Below are positions 28,795 to 37,939 of a DNA stretch of 64,000 nucleotides, one piece after another. Under the pieces are notes generated by a model. It was not told the DNA's origin, made no database searches, and saw only the letters and a program-made list of their open reading frames with translations. Position 1 is the stretch's first letter; the number at the start of each line of letters is the position of its first letter. The position numbers and the translations under genes were made by a program. Source of the stretch: a virus; the IMG/VR virus record IMGVR_UViG_3300032053_005343, positions 32,001 to 96,000 of that record. One strand, given 5' to 3'.

Positions 28795-29478
28795 TTATAC
28801 ATTTTTATTTTCAAATAAAACATTACATGAATTAACACATATTTTTTTGAAGTTTGGCAATAGTTCTTCTAATGTTTGTTCGTAAACACCATTTTCCCAC
28901 AGATTTCCAGTACACTCCGTATATAAATATTTCGTTCTTTTTAGAGTTTCTTTTGCCCCCTCAAGAAATTTGCGTTCTGCGCCATTAACATCTGCCCATA
29001 TTAAATCTATATCTTTTATTCCTCTTTGTTCTGTGAAAGTGTCTAGTCTTCTACCAAAAATATTGATTCCTTTTCCAAAAGGAAGATCTGGATGCGCCTT
29101 CAGATGTTCTTTTGGTTTGTTTAAAGATCCAGAACCGCTCCAGTCTGTTATTTTGGTTTCCGTAAGCCAAGTTGGAATTCCGTGACTTTCATAAAAAATA
29201 GTTGGTCCATCAACATTGGATATTGCTTCTTCTATTAACTTATATCTATTACCGCAACCCCATAACGTGGACTGGTTTTCTGGCAATTCCTTAATCATTT
29301 TTATATTTCTTGGGTCTGGTTCAAAACTGAACACCTTGGATTTCGGAAAAACATTAAGAAAATTTCTTGTGTCTTTTCCGTCATAAGCCCCTATTTCTAT
29401 AATCAACGGATCATCTTTGCCAATTAACCCACTTATATATTTAATTATATCTAGATTCATATTATGATTTTCGTTCAT
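28795..29478 (-). CDS. FkbM-family SAM-dependent methyltransferase
   Basis: IIEIGAYDGKDT..FSFEPDPRN..LDTF..IDLIWADVNGAE. Confidence 0.88.
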   Translation of the reverse strand: MNENHNMNLDIIKYISGLIGKDDPLIIEIGAYDGKDTRNFLNVFPKSKVFSFEPDPRNIKMIKELPENQSTLWGCGNRYKLIEEAISNVDGPTIFYESHGIPTWLTETKITDWSGSGSLNKPKEHLKAHPDLPFGKGINIFGRRLDTFTEQRGIKDIDLIWADVNGAERKFLEGAKETLKRTKYLYTECTGNLWENGVYEQTLEELLPNFKKICVNSCNVLFENKNV

Positions 29479-30029
29479 TATTTTTCACACTCTATGTTTA
29501 AACTGAGACATGTTCCATTTTTAAAATCCATGTGGGATAAAAAAGCAAAACTACAATCATCTATATCGGCATGTTCTGTTTTAAATTGATCATACCTTTT
29601 TATATTTTTAAATCCTAGATTTTCCAATAAGCTTTTTAAATTTGTATAGTCGTAAATGGTTTTATGGTAAATTGTTTTTCCCCCCGATTTCATCTTTCCG
29701 TAAACAGGACCGAGAAAACTCTCAAGACCATATTTTCCGCTATAATATAATTCTGCTATAATTTTAAAGTCCGGGACAGCAAGACGAAGAGTAGCACCCG
29801 GTTTTAATACCCTTTTCCATTCCAATAATAAATTTTTGACTTCTTCTCTGTCGAAATAAGAAATTACATGGGATGCGTAGATTATATCAACAGAATTATC
29901 AGGATAAGGAAGATTAATAATATTACGTCCTGTTAAATGGGGATAGTCACTCGCGTCAAAACTTTTCCAGTCGGGACCAAGATCTACTTTCCCGCACCCT
30001 AAAGACAACCTTATTATTTTATTATTCAT
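29478..30029 (-). CDS. class I SAM-dependent methyltransferase (type 11-like)
   Basis: LSLGCG..LPYPDNSVDIIYASHV..EWKRVLKPGATLRLAVPD. Confidence 0.88.
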   Translation of the reverse strand: MNNKIIRLSLGCGKVDLGPDWKSFDASDYPHLTGRNIINLPYPDNSVDIIYASHVISYFDREEVKNLLLEWKRVLKPGATLRLAVPDFKIIAELYYSGKYGLESFLGPVYGKMKSGGKTIYHKTIYDYTNLKSLLENLGFKNIKRYDQFKTEHADIDDCSFAFLSHMDFKNGTCLSLNIECEK

Positions 30030-30030
30030 T

Positions 30031-30255
30031 TTATATGCGCCATTCTAAATTATCCGCGCAATTATTTTCCTTGTTTCTATCTTTGTGCCATGGTTTATGT
30101 TGGGGTGATGGTTGTGGACCAATGAAAGTTTCAAGAACGAGTTGCGCTATCATATGTTTATGAAATTTTCCTTTTTTATCTTTTAAATATACAAAAAGAT
30201 GACCGTCCGACCCCATATGGTTTTTAAGATATTCTTCTTTTCCTTTTTTCATCAA
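30031..30255 (-). CDS. minimal/truncated HNH protein
   Basis: LVLETFIGPQP..WHKDRNKENNCADNLEW core only, with no NUMOD4 or HTH. Confidence 0.65.
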   Translation of the reverse strand: MMKKGKEEYLKNHMGSDGHLFVYLKDKKGKFHKHMIAQLVLETFIGPQPSPQHKPWHKDRNKENNCADNLEWRI

Positions 30256-30665
30256 ACGAACTCCTTATCCAACTCCTGCCCACGATAAGGGCCGATTTTT
30301 ATCTCGTACACCAACGTATCCTCACTCAATGCCACGTAGTTGTGCCCTCCCTCTATTGTCGCAGAAAAATCACCTGGGAATAATTCAATTTCCTCTAAAA
30401 TAGTGTTATCAATGTCATAAAGAATCGCCCTTACTTTTCCTCTTACAACTATCCAACTTTCGTTCGCAATTTTTAATCCATTATAATAATTCCAAATGTG
30501 TCGGTGACTACGAAAGGTTTGATTATTTTTCAATGGTATCGTAGCAATTTGTAGGAAATTGTCCGGAGGAATAATGTCCTCCCTTTTATCTTTTACCTCT
30601 AATAGTCTATGAATAATATGTAATAATCTAGTTGGTTGGATTTTACTGTAAATGTAACGAGCCAT
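30252..30665 (-). CDS. WbuC-like cupin-fold protein
   Basis: HRH..ESW..G..YD..GGHNY..VYEIKIGPY..DKEF; next to gmd. Confidence 0.7.
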   Translation of the reverse strand: MARYIYSKIQPTRLLHIIHRLLEVKDKREDIIPPDNFLQIATIPLKNNQTFRSHRHIWNYYNGLKIANESWIVVRGKVRAILYDIDNTILEEIELFPGDFSATIEGGHNYVALSEDTLVYEIKIGPYRGQELDKEFV

Positions 30666-30670
30666 TTAAT

Positions 30671-31339
30671 TTACTCCAAATGTGTCCAAGTTTTATAATT
30701 CACTATAGAACAAATTGTTGTTATATTGACATTAAATCTGATAGATAATTCCTTTTGAGACACACCTTCGGCATATGATTTTCTTATTTCTCTAATTTTA
30801 TTGTCATTTAATTTCGATAATCCGTTTTTAATTCCATTATTTATGGGCTGATATCTTGTTCCATGCCTTATCGAGTCTTTAGCATTTTCTGATCTTGTAC
30901 CCCATATAATATTATAAGGTAAACTATTTGCCGGATTCCCGTCTAGGTGTCTGCACACCGCTTCGGGGAAGGGTTTTGGTCCCACAAAATGTATTAACAT
31001 TAGTTCATGTATAAAAAATCTTTTATATTTATGATCTTTGTATAAGTCAACATAAGAATATCCTCCTGGGTGAATTCTTGGTTTTAATAGTGTCCATCTA
31101 TCTTTATATGATTTTAAATTTCTTTTAATTTTTGATATTGTGGTTTGGGAAATATCAAATTCCTTAGCTATTTTATACCCCCTTATTTTATTCTCTATCC
31201 TTTTTATAATTTCGGTTATTTTTCTTGGATCTATTTTCATTCTATAATTAAATGATTTTATTTCCATCAAATTAGATATCTCATATAATCCTTCATAATC
31301 AGTTATAGGTTTCCAAGTTTCTATTATTGTATTTAGCAT
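30671..31339 (-). CDS. NUMOD4-HNH homing endonuclease with internal HTH
   Basis: ETWKPITDYEGLYEISN; VCRHLDGNPANS; two HTH segments. Confidence 0.88.
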   Translation of the reverse strand: MLNTIIETWKPITDYEGLYEISNLMEIKSFNYRMKIDPRKITEIIKRIENKIRGYKIAKEFDISQTTISKIKRNLKSYKDRWTLLKPRIHPGGYSYVDLYKDHKYKRFFIHELMLIHFVGPKPFPEAVCRHLDGNPANSLPYNIIWGTRSENAKDSIRHGTRYQPINNGIKNGLSKLNDNKIREIRKSYAEGVSQKELSIRFNVNITTICSIVNYKTWTHLE

Positions 31340-32325
31340 GTTAAAATTCCCTTAGATAATTTGTTTTGCATAGACTCTATCATAGAATCAATTAATTGTT
31401 CGAAATTGAATTCTGGTTTCCACCCCAATGTTTTTCTAATTTTTGTACTATCTCCTTTGAGCATTTTTAGTTCTTCTGATCTATAAAATTTTGGATCAAT
31501 TTCTACATAATCTTTATAGTTCATTCCAAGTTTTTTAAATACGATACTACAAAATTCTTCTATCGAATGCGTTTCTCCACTTGCTACAACGAAATCATCC
31601 GCTTCTTTATGGTTAATAATCATATTCATAGCTCTGACCATATCTCTTGCGTCGGACCAGTCACGACTAGCATTTAAATTTCCTAAGACTAATTTTTTAC
31701 TTAATCCTAAACTTATCTCAACGGCACCCTTTACTATTTTTTGGGTTACAAAATTAGCTCCCCTACGCGAGCCCTCGTGGTTAAAGCACACGGAATTACA
31801 GGCGTGTAAATTATATGCTCGTCTATAATATCTTGTCATGCTATATCCGAATAATTTTGTACAACCGTAAACGCTTACGGGGTGCATCGGAGTAGTTTCT
31901 CTTTGAAATCCGTCATCGTCATAACAATTTCCAAACATTTCCGAGCTTGACGCCTGTATAAATCTGGCGTTTGGTGCAAATTTTCGATAAGTTTCCAGGA
32001 GATTGGTAATTCCTATTGCATTAGATTGTACAGTATAGATAGGAATATCTCCCCCGGCCTTGACGTGAGATTGACTTGCCAATGAATATATTTCATCTGG
32101 TTGAGACGATTTAATAACTTTTTCTAACGATGAGATATCTAAAAGATCGCCATATTCTAAATTAATAAGACCGGAAATGTGCGCAATTCTTGAATCCTGG
32201 TTCTCCGAAACAGAGTGTCTGCGGATTATTCCCCAAACATCATAATCTTTTTCCAACAATAGTTCAGCAAGCCACGATCCGTCCTGCCCCGAAATGCCGG
32301 TTATAAAAGCTCTTTTTTTATTCAT
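31333..32325 (-). CDS. gmd: GDP-mannose 4,6-dehydratase
   Basis: AFITGISGQDGSWLAELLLEKDY; ASQSHV; QASSSEMFG; YGCTK; FNHE; LGNLNASRDW. Confidence 0.95.
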   Translation of the reverse strand: MNKKRAFITGISGQDGSWLAELLLEKDYDVWGIIRRHSVSENQDSRIAHISGLINLEYGDLLDISSLEKVIKSSQPDEIYSLASQSHVKAGGDIPIYTVQSNAIGITNLLETYRKFAPNARFIQASSSEMFGNCYDDDGFQRETTPMHPVSVYGCTKLFGYSMTRYYRRAYNLHACNSVCFNHEGSRRGANFVTQKIVKGAVEISLGLSKKLVLGNLNASRDWSDARDMVRAMNMIINHKEADDFVVASGETHSIEEFCSIVFKKLGMNYKDYVEIDPKFYRSEELKMLKGDSTKIRKTLGWKPEFNFEQLIDSMIESMQNKLSKGILTC

Positions 32326-33382
32326 CTTTCTCCTCCACCCTTTTAATTATACGACAGATTCTTTTTATTTTTCTTCTTTTTAAATTAAGAGACGATGGTA
32401 AATAAATTATTTCTTTATAAATTTGTTCGGCCACAGGATATTTAATTTTTGTTTTATATGGTGGATTGTAACTTATGGGTTTATAATATTTTACAGCTTG
32501 TATGTTTTCTTTCTTTAGAGCTTCAATTATTTGATCAGCCTTTTTAGATCTATATATGACCATCCAACCGCTTTCTTTTTCCGACACATAAGGAACAAAT
32601 CTATATGGTTTAATATCATTTATATAATAATAATAAAATAATTTCCATCTTTTATTAAGTAATAATTTTATATCTTTTAATTGACTTAAAATATAACTTG
32701 CCTGTATGTCCGTGTAACGAAAATTTACTCCGATATATTGATGTAAACGGTCTTTGCGCCAATTGCCGCCATGATCTCTAATTTGCTCTAATCTTTTCGC
32801 TATTTTATCATCGTCGGTAACTACAGCACCACCTTGGCCCCCTGTTATTAATTTAGGATACGAAAAAGAAAATATGCCAATGTCTCCGGTTTTACCAGCG
32901 TTTTTTATTGCAATTGATTGGCAACAGTCCTCTATCATTGGAATATTATGTATATTACAAATTTGTCTAACTTTATTTAAATCAGAACCATTATAACCAT
33001 TGTGCGAGACAAAAATTATACAAGAAACGTTCCCAGTAATTTTAATTAAATCCGGATTCATACATAAAGTATATGGATTTATATCTACCAATTTAATCTT
33101 ATAGCCTAAAAATCTCGCTGCGTTTGCTGCGGATAGAAAAGTATATGCCGGGAATAAAATGGTTGAACCTTTTGGAAGATTAAGAGATTCTATAGCCATA
33201 ATTAAACCAGTTGTCCCACTTGTCGTTATAAAACAATATTTTAAATCTATCAATTTTTTAATCTTTTCTTCCAACAGAAGACATTCTGGACCTGGGCCTA
33301 AATTGCCTTTCATAATAGTTTTAAAAACATTCCAGGCATATTTAATTTTAATAATCTGTTTAAATTGTTTAATTTCTTTCAT
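32318..33382 (-). CDS. DegT/DnrJ/EryC1/StrS sugar aminotransferase (perosamine synthase-like)
   Basis: TTSGTTGL..PAYTF..IEDCCQS..FSFSYPKLITGGQGG..GVNFR..LPSS. Confidence 0.88.
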   Translation of the reverse strand: MKEIKQFKQIIKIKYAWNVFKTIMKGNLGPGPECLLLEEKIKKLIDLKYCFITTSGTTGLIMAIESLNLPKGSTILFPAYTFLSAANAARFLGYKIKLVDINPYTLCMNPDLIKITGNVSCIIFVSHNGYNGSDLNKVRQICNIHNIPMIEDCCQSIAIKNAGKTGDIGIFSFSYPKLITGGQGGAVVTDDDKIAKRLEQIRDHGGNWRKDRLHQYIGVNFRYTDIQASYILSQLKDIKLLLNKRWKLFYYYYINDIKPYRFVPYVSEKESGWMVIYRSKKADQIIEALKKENIQAVKYYKPISYNPPYKTKIKYPVAEQIYKEIIYLPSSLNLKRRKIKRICRIIKRVEEKDE

Positions 33383-34023
33383 TTTATTTTCTTTTTATAT
33401 TTTTTTACAGGAATTGTTAGAGTCTCTTCTGTAGACCACCCAGATTTTATCCTTGAATAAATAATTTGATAAGGAATACCAGTTTCATCGCTCCATTTGG
33501 CTACGCATTGATTTTTATTGTTATATTCCAACATATGATTGTTTCTTTTATTACGATTATTATTTTTGCGAGATGTCCATCTGCAATTTTCTTTGAAATA
33601 TCCTTTATTATTATCAATGCGATCTATTTGGTGCTGCGCACTTGGTGGTTCACCCATATCTTCAAGAAAATTAATAAATCCATTGTTTTTATCCAGCCAA
33701 CGATCACACACTACAATTGGTGAAATTCTTCCTCCATAGTTTTTATATTCTTTGTTTTTGATATTCGTGCATCTTTGAATCATATTTTCCCAAATGTGAT
33801 AAATTCTTGTATTAGAATATCCGTGTTTGGTTATAATTTCTTTGTTTAAACAACCACAACTTTTAGTATGCCCCGATCTTAGTCTCTCTCCAATAATTAT
33901 CTTTATGTTCCCACAATCACATAAACACAACCATCTTATTTTATTATATTTATCATTATTCAATTTCTCAATAACTAATAATCTTCCAAATTTTTTACCC
34001 GTTAAATTAATAAGTTTTGGCAT
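33379..34023 (-). CDS. HNH-variant homing endonuclease (CDCG/SCGC module family)
   Basis: NLTGKKFGRL..WLCLCDCGN..KSCGC..YKNYGGR..IDRIDNNKGYFKENCRW. Confidence 0.85.
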   Translation of the reverse strand: MPKLINLTGKKFGRLLVIEKLNNDKYNKIRWLCLCDCGNIKIIIGERLRSGHTKSCGCLNKEIITKHGYSNTRIYHIWENMIQRCTNIKNKEYKNYGGRISPIVVCDRWLDKNNGFINFLEDMGEPPSAQHQIDRIDNNKGYFKENCRWTSRKNNNRNKRNNHMLEYNNKNQCVAKWSDETGIPYQIIYSRIKSGWSTEETLTIPVKKYKKKIK

Positions 34024-34833
34024 TTATTTAAGTTCCAAGGAACGACTAGCAAGACCGCACAATTTATTATAAAGTTCTATCAATTTATTATCTGCGCAAT
34101 ATTCTGGATTATCTGGATTAAAGTGTATCAATTCTTTTTCTGCGAAATTTTTATTAATTTCATGCCCTACAAAATCTGATAACGTTTGAAGGCCAATTCC
34201 ACTTACCAGATTTTTACAATTAACAAAAAACATGTCTAAATTTGAATAATGATGTAAGATATACGTATATGTATTGAACCATAATTTTTCAAAAGATTTT
34301 TTATCCGTATTGGTTGTCGCTAAATAATCTGCTGTTCTAACAATATTGTCTATACTTTGTAGAAATTCCGATGGATGCCTAAAAACACAAATAAATTTAC
34401 AATTTTGTAAATAGGGAAGCCAAACTGGTAGTGTGTACGAAAATCGCGGATCTTTAAATAGGTATGGTTGTATAGCAACTAGTTCGAGTATTCTTTTTTG
34501 TATACTTGCTTTTACAAGCGGGTTTTGTCCCGAATATAAAGCGCAGTGGTTAAGTTCTTTAGATTCTGTAATTTTTGTATTAATATCTAGAGTAGAAAGC
34601 CATCCTTGGCGAGATTTTACACGGCTTTTTATTGTTTCTGTTTTTGGACATGACCATAAAATATCGTCGTTTAAACCATTAACTATTCCTGTTTCAAAGT
34701 ATCCTTTTTCATTAAATTTATCTGGGGTGTGCGATTTTCCGCCAAGATTATACTTTCGGTCAGCAGTTGCGATTACCCCCGCAACCATTGAAGTACCGGA
34801 GCGCCCCGTTCCTAAAATTATTAGGTTATTCAT
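34024..34833 (-). CDS. sulfotransferase
   Basis: ILGTGRSGTS (PAPS 5'-phosphosulfate loop), GYFE, KDPRF, VFRHP. Confidence 0.85.
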   Translation of the reverse strand: MNNLIILGTGRSGTSMVAGVIATADRKYNLGGKSHTPDKFNEKGYFETGIVNGLNDDILWSCPKTETIKSRVKSRQGWLSTLDINTKITESKELNHCALYSGQNPLVKASIQKRILELVAIQPYLFKDPRFSYTLPVWLPYLQNCKFICVFRHPSEFLQSIDNIVRTADYLATTNTDKKSFEKLWFNTYTYILHHYSNLDMFFVNCKNLVSGIGLQTLSDFVGHEINKNFAEKELIHFNPDNPEYCADNKLIELYNKLCGLASRSLELK

Positions 34834-35476
34834 TATTTTGTCTCTTTTTATATTTTCTAACAGGTTTTGTTAAGGCATCTTCTGTGGATTGACCACGATT
34901 TAATCTGTACCTTAATATTTCTGGACTAATATTGTGTTTTCTTGCTAATTCTGTAATATTATATTTTTTATCATTATATGGAATTATATGATTATTTCTT
35001 CTGTTGTTCGCTTGTTCTTTTCTTGTGGCCCACCTCCAATTATCGGGAAAATATCCTTTGTTATTGTCAATTCTATCTAGGGTTAACCCCTTTGGGGGAT
35101 CTCCCACATCTTTATAAAAATTTTCGAACTTTAACCATCGTTCACAAACAATAATTTCACGTTTACCATAATTTTTATATGCTTCACAATTAAAATTCGT
35201 GCATCTTTGAATCATACCATCCCATATTTTATAAATTTTTGTTTTGGTGAGGCCATGTGTTGTGCTATAAATCTTGCCGTTTGAATAACACTGTTCTTTT
35301 CTTAGACAACCACAACTTTTTGTATTACCATTTTTAATATTTTTTCCTATTACACTTACAAAATTGCCACAATCACATTTACAAGACCAAATATATTTAT
35401 TATCCTTGGTTTTACCACATATTTTTATTGGAGTTAATCTATTAAATTTTTTATTACTCAAATCCAATGGTTTCAT
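34826..35476 (-). CDS. HNH-variant homing endonuclease (CDCG/SCGC family)
   Basis: WSCKCDCGN..KSCGC..LTLDRIDNNKGYFPDNWRWATRKEQANNRR. Confidence 0.85.
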   Translation of the reverse strand: MKPLDLSNKKFNRLTPIKICGKTKDNKYIWSCKCDCGNFVSVIGKNIKNGNTKSCGCLRKEQCYSNGKIYSTTHGLTKTKIYKIWDGMIQRCTNFNCEAYKNYGKREIIVCERWLKFENFYKDVGDPPKGLTLDRIDNNKGYFPDNWRWATRKEQANNRRNNHIIPYNDKKYNITELARKHNISPEILRYRLNRGQSTEDALTKPVRKYKKRQNNE

Positions 35477-35697
35477 TATGATTCATCTCTTTTTTTAATT
35501 TTATCTTCCCACATAGCAATTTGCCATCCTATTCTCCAGTCGCAGAAGTCAGATTCTTGTGTTTTTGGATAGGGATTTGCAATTAAACCCTTGCCATCAA
35601 GAAAATCTTTTTGCCCTCTTCCGAAAGCCATTTCATTATATAAATTTGGTGAATCATTAGTCATTTGAAAATTCCAATTTTTTATTTTTAGGGACAA
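35476..35697 (-). CDS. small protein with ribosome-modulation-factor (Rmf)-like motif
   Basis: AFGRG...GKG..NPY.....DWRIGW parallels the Rmf pattern A..RG...G.S...CPY.....WL.GW. Confidence 0.45.
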   Translation of the reverse strand: MSLKIKNWNFQMTNDSPNLYNEMAFGRGQKDFLDGKGLIANPYPKTQESDFCDWRIGWQIAMWEDKIKKRDES

Positions 35698-36479
35698 TAA
35701 TCCGGATCGCCCTCACCCCACAACACCCCAACATTCCTTATTATACCCGTCTCTCGTTTTTTATTATATAAAATCTTCATTTCTTCATATTTTTCTTTAT
35801 CGTTGCCATAAACATCTGGTTTTGGGTGATGCAGATGAATTGGGCGACAATTTTTATCAAAATATTGTTTTAATCCACTTTTCATTAATCTGTTCCACAT
35901 GTCGGCGTCTTCGAAGCCGTAGCTTTTAAAATCTTCGTCATAACCACCAAGTTGTCTAAAACATTCCGTAGGAGCGCTATGGCCCCAATGCCAACACACG
36001 TACTCTTCTGTAATTGGGTGTCCAGGGGTTCTTCTTTGTAATTCGTTTATGTCTATTTGATTATTAAAATATAAATCTGTATCATTTTTTGTGCAAGAAT
36101 ATGAGCATTCGCCACAACGATATAAAACATCTTGATGATCAAAAGATCTTTTAATGAAATCTCCAGTAAAAAGAATCTCAGGATCTCTCTGTGCGATCAT
36201 TTTTGATTGAGAATATTTAATTGCTATATTGCGAATAAATCCACCGCCTCGTTCAACCGGGGGGTTTCTCTCTAGCGTAAAGTAGGTTACATTCTTATCG
36301 GCAAGATCAGAAAAATCTTCGTGGATTCCATCGTTTATAATCAATATTAACCATTTATTTTTTGGAATATCGGTTTCTATTAGATTGTTTAGAGTTTTTC
36401 TAATATAAATGGATCTTTTAAAGTTGGGTATTAAAAATAATAGTTCCACATTTGTTTGAGACCAATCGAAATTAATCAT
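35688..36479 (-). CDS. GT-A glycosyltransferase (GT2 N-terminus + GT7-C-like)
   Basis: IPNFKR..INDG..RNIAIK..RDPE..GGYDEDFKSYGFEDADM..HLHH. Confidence 0.88.
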   Translation of the reverse strand: MINFDWSQTNVELLFLIPNFKRSIYIRKTLNNLIETDIPKNKWLILIINDGIHEDFSDLADKNVTYFTLERNPPVERGGGFIRNIAIKYSQSKMIAQRDPEILFTGDFIKRSFDHQDVLYRCGECSYSCTKNDTDLYFNNQIDINELQRRTPGHPITEEYVCWHWGHSAPTECFRQLGGYDEDFKSYGFEDADMWNRLMKSGLKQYFDKNCRPIHLHHPKPDVYGNDKEKYEEMKILYNKKRETGIIRNVGVLWGEGDPDYCP

Positions 36480-37138
36480 ATATGATTCCAACTTTGTTTA
36501 TTTAGGATTTTATATATACACGAATTGCTAACATCAAAAATTTTGGCTATTCTATACCCAGTTATACCCTTTTCATGCATTTCTCTAATTTTTAAAATAT
36601 CGTTGTCATTAAATTTAGACATTCCATTTTTGCTACCACGGCAATCAGATTTAAATAAATGTATCTTATTTGTTCCATGTTTTACTCTATCTTTGGCATT
36701 TATAGATCGGGTAGTCCATTCTAAATTATTTATATTATTATTTAATTTATTCCCGTCTAAATGACGAGCCTCCATTCCCGGTGGACAGGGACCAATAAAG
36801 GCTTCAAGAACCAACCTATGGACTAGAAATTTTTTATGTTTTTTATTTTTACATAATGTTACATACAAATATCCATGATTACCTATGTGTTGTTTTAATA
36901 CTCTCTTTTTATTTAAATATTTTTGTGAATTATTCCGCAAATTAAAATAAAATGATTGACTAATATTGAATCTTTTAATAACTGAATATCTTGATTCTTT
37001 TTTATTTATTGCACATATTATTTGTTTTATTTCTTCTGTGGATTTTCCTTTGCAATTTATAGAATTTATATTACCAAAATTGGATGCTTCATATAAATTT
37101 TCATATTTATAAATATCTTTATAAATTTCATTTTTCAT
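36476..37138 (-). CDS. NUMOD4-HNH homing endonuclease with internal HTH
   Basis: EIYKDIYKYENLYEASNFG; HRLVLEAFIGPCPPGMEARHLDGNKLNNNINNLEW. Confidence 0.9.
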   Translation of the reverse strand: MKNEIYKDIYKYENLYEASNFGNINSINCKGKSTEEIKQIICAINKKESRYSVIKRFNISQSFYFNLRNNSQKYLNKKRVLKQHIGNHGYLYVTLCKNKKHKKFLVHRLVLEAFIGPCPPGMEARHLDGNKLNNNINNLEWTTRSINAKDRVKHGTNKIHLFKSDCRGSKNGMSKFNDNDILKIREMHEKGITGYRIAKIFDVSNSCIYKILNKQSWNHI

Positions 37139-37171
37139 TACTTTCACACCGATATTCTCTTTCTTATTCAC

Positions 37172-37939
37172 TTATCCCTCTCCCCAGTTTATCCCAATAT
37201 TTCTTATTATACCCTCTTTTTGTTTTTGTTTATATACATTTTTCATTTCTTCGTGGCTGGTATTTGGAACCCCGTGATATAAATGAATTGGGCTACATTG
37301 TTTATCGAAGAATGGTTGAAGTCCGCATCCCAATAATCTGTCATACATATCGTGATCTTCTGGGCCATACGACGTAAAATCTTCATCATAGCCGTTTATC
37401 TTTCTAAAATAGTTTATTGATACGCAATGGCCGTAATGGAAATATACGTATTGATTTTCTAATATAGGAAATTTTACAGATATTTGTGCCAATTCCTTTT
37501 CATTTATGACTCCATTGAAAAACTTATGTTTTTGGTCTTGCTTTGTTAAATGCGCTATTCCTCCACATCTATATAAAACACTTGAATTATTAAAGCATCC
37601 CGCAATAAAATCTCCTGTAAACAAAACCTCTGGATCTTTCTGCGCCAATAAATTGCATTGGCAACGTTTTATGGCTATATTACGTATAAAAGCACCATTA
37701 CGTTCGACAAGGGGGGATCTTTCAAACGTAAAATAGTAGACATTCTTGTCTTGCAAATCTTCAAATGATTCATGGAACCCATCATTAATAACTAAAACGA
37801 CCCACTTGTCTCTTGGGATAGATGTTTTAATTAAATTGTTTATTGTTTTTTGTATGTAATCCGCCCTTTTAAAATTGGGTATTAATATAACTAAATCTTT
37901 TCTTGTTATATCCCAGTCAAAATCAGAAGATTTAATCAT
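37172..37939 (-). CDS. GT-A glycosyltransferase, paralogue of 35688 and 41341
   Basis: FDWD..IPNFKR..INDG..KDPE..GYDEDFTSYGPEDHDM..RNIGINWGEG. Confidence 0.88.
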   Translation of the reverse strand: MIKSSDFDWDITRKDLVILIPNFKRADYIQKTINNLIKTSIPRDKWVVLVINDGFHESFEDLQDKNVYYFTFERSPLVERNGAFIRNIAIKRCQCNLLAQKDPEVLFTGDFIAGCFNNSSVLYRCGGIAHLTKQDQKHKFFNGVINEKELAQISVKFPILENQYVYFHYGHCVSINYFRKINGYDEDFTSYGPEDHDMYDRLLGCGLQPFFDKQCSPIHLYHGVPNTSHEEMKNVYKQKQKEGIIRNIGINWGEG

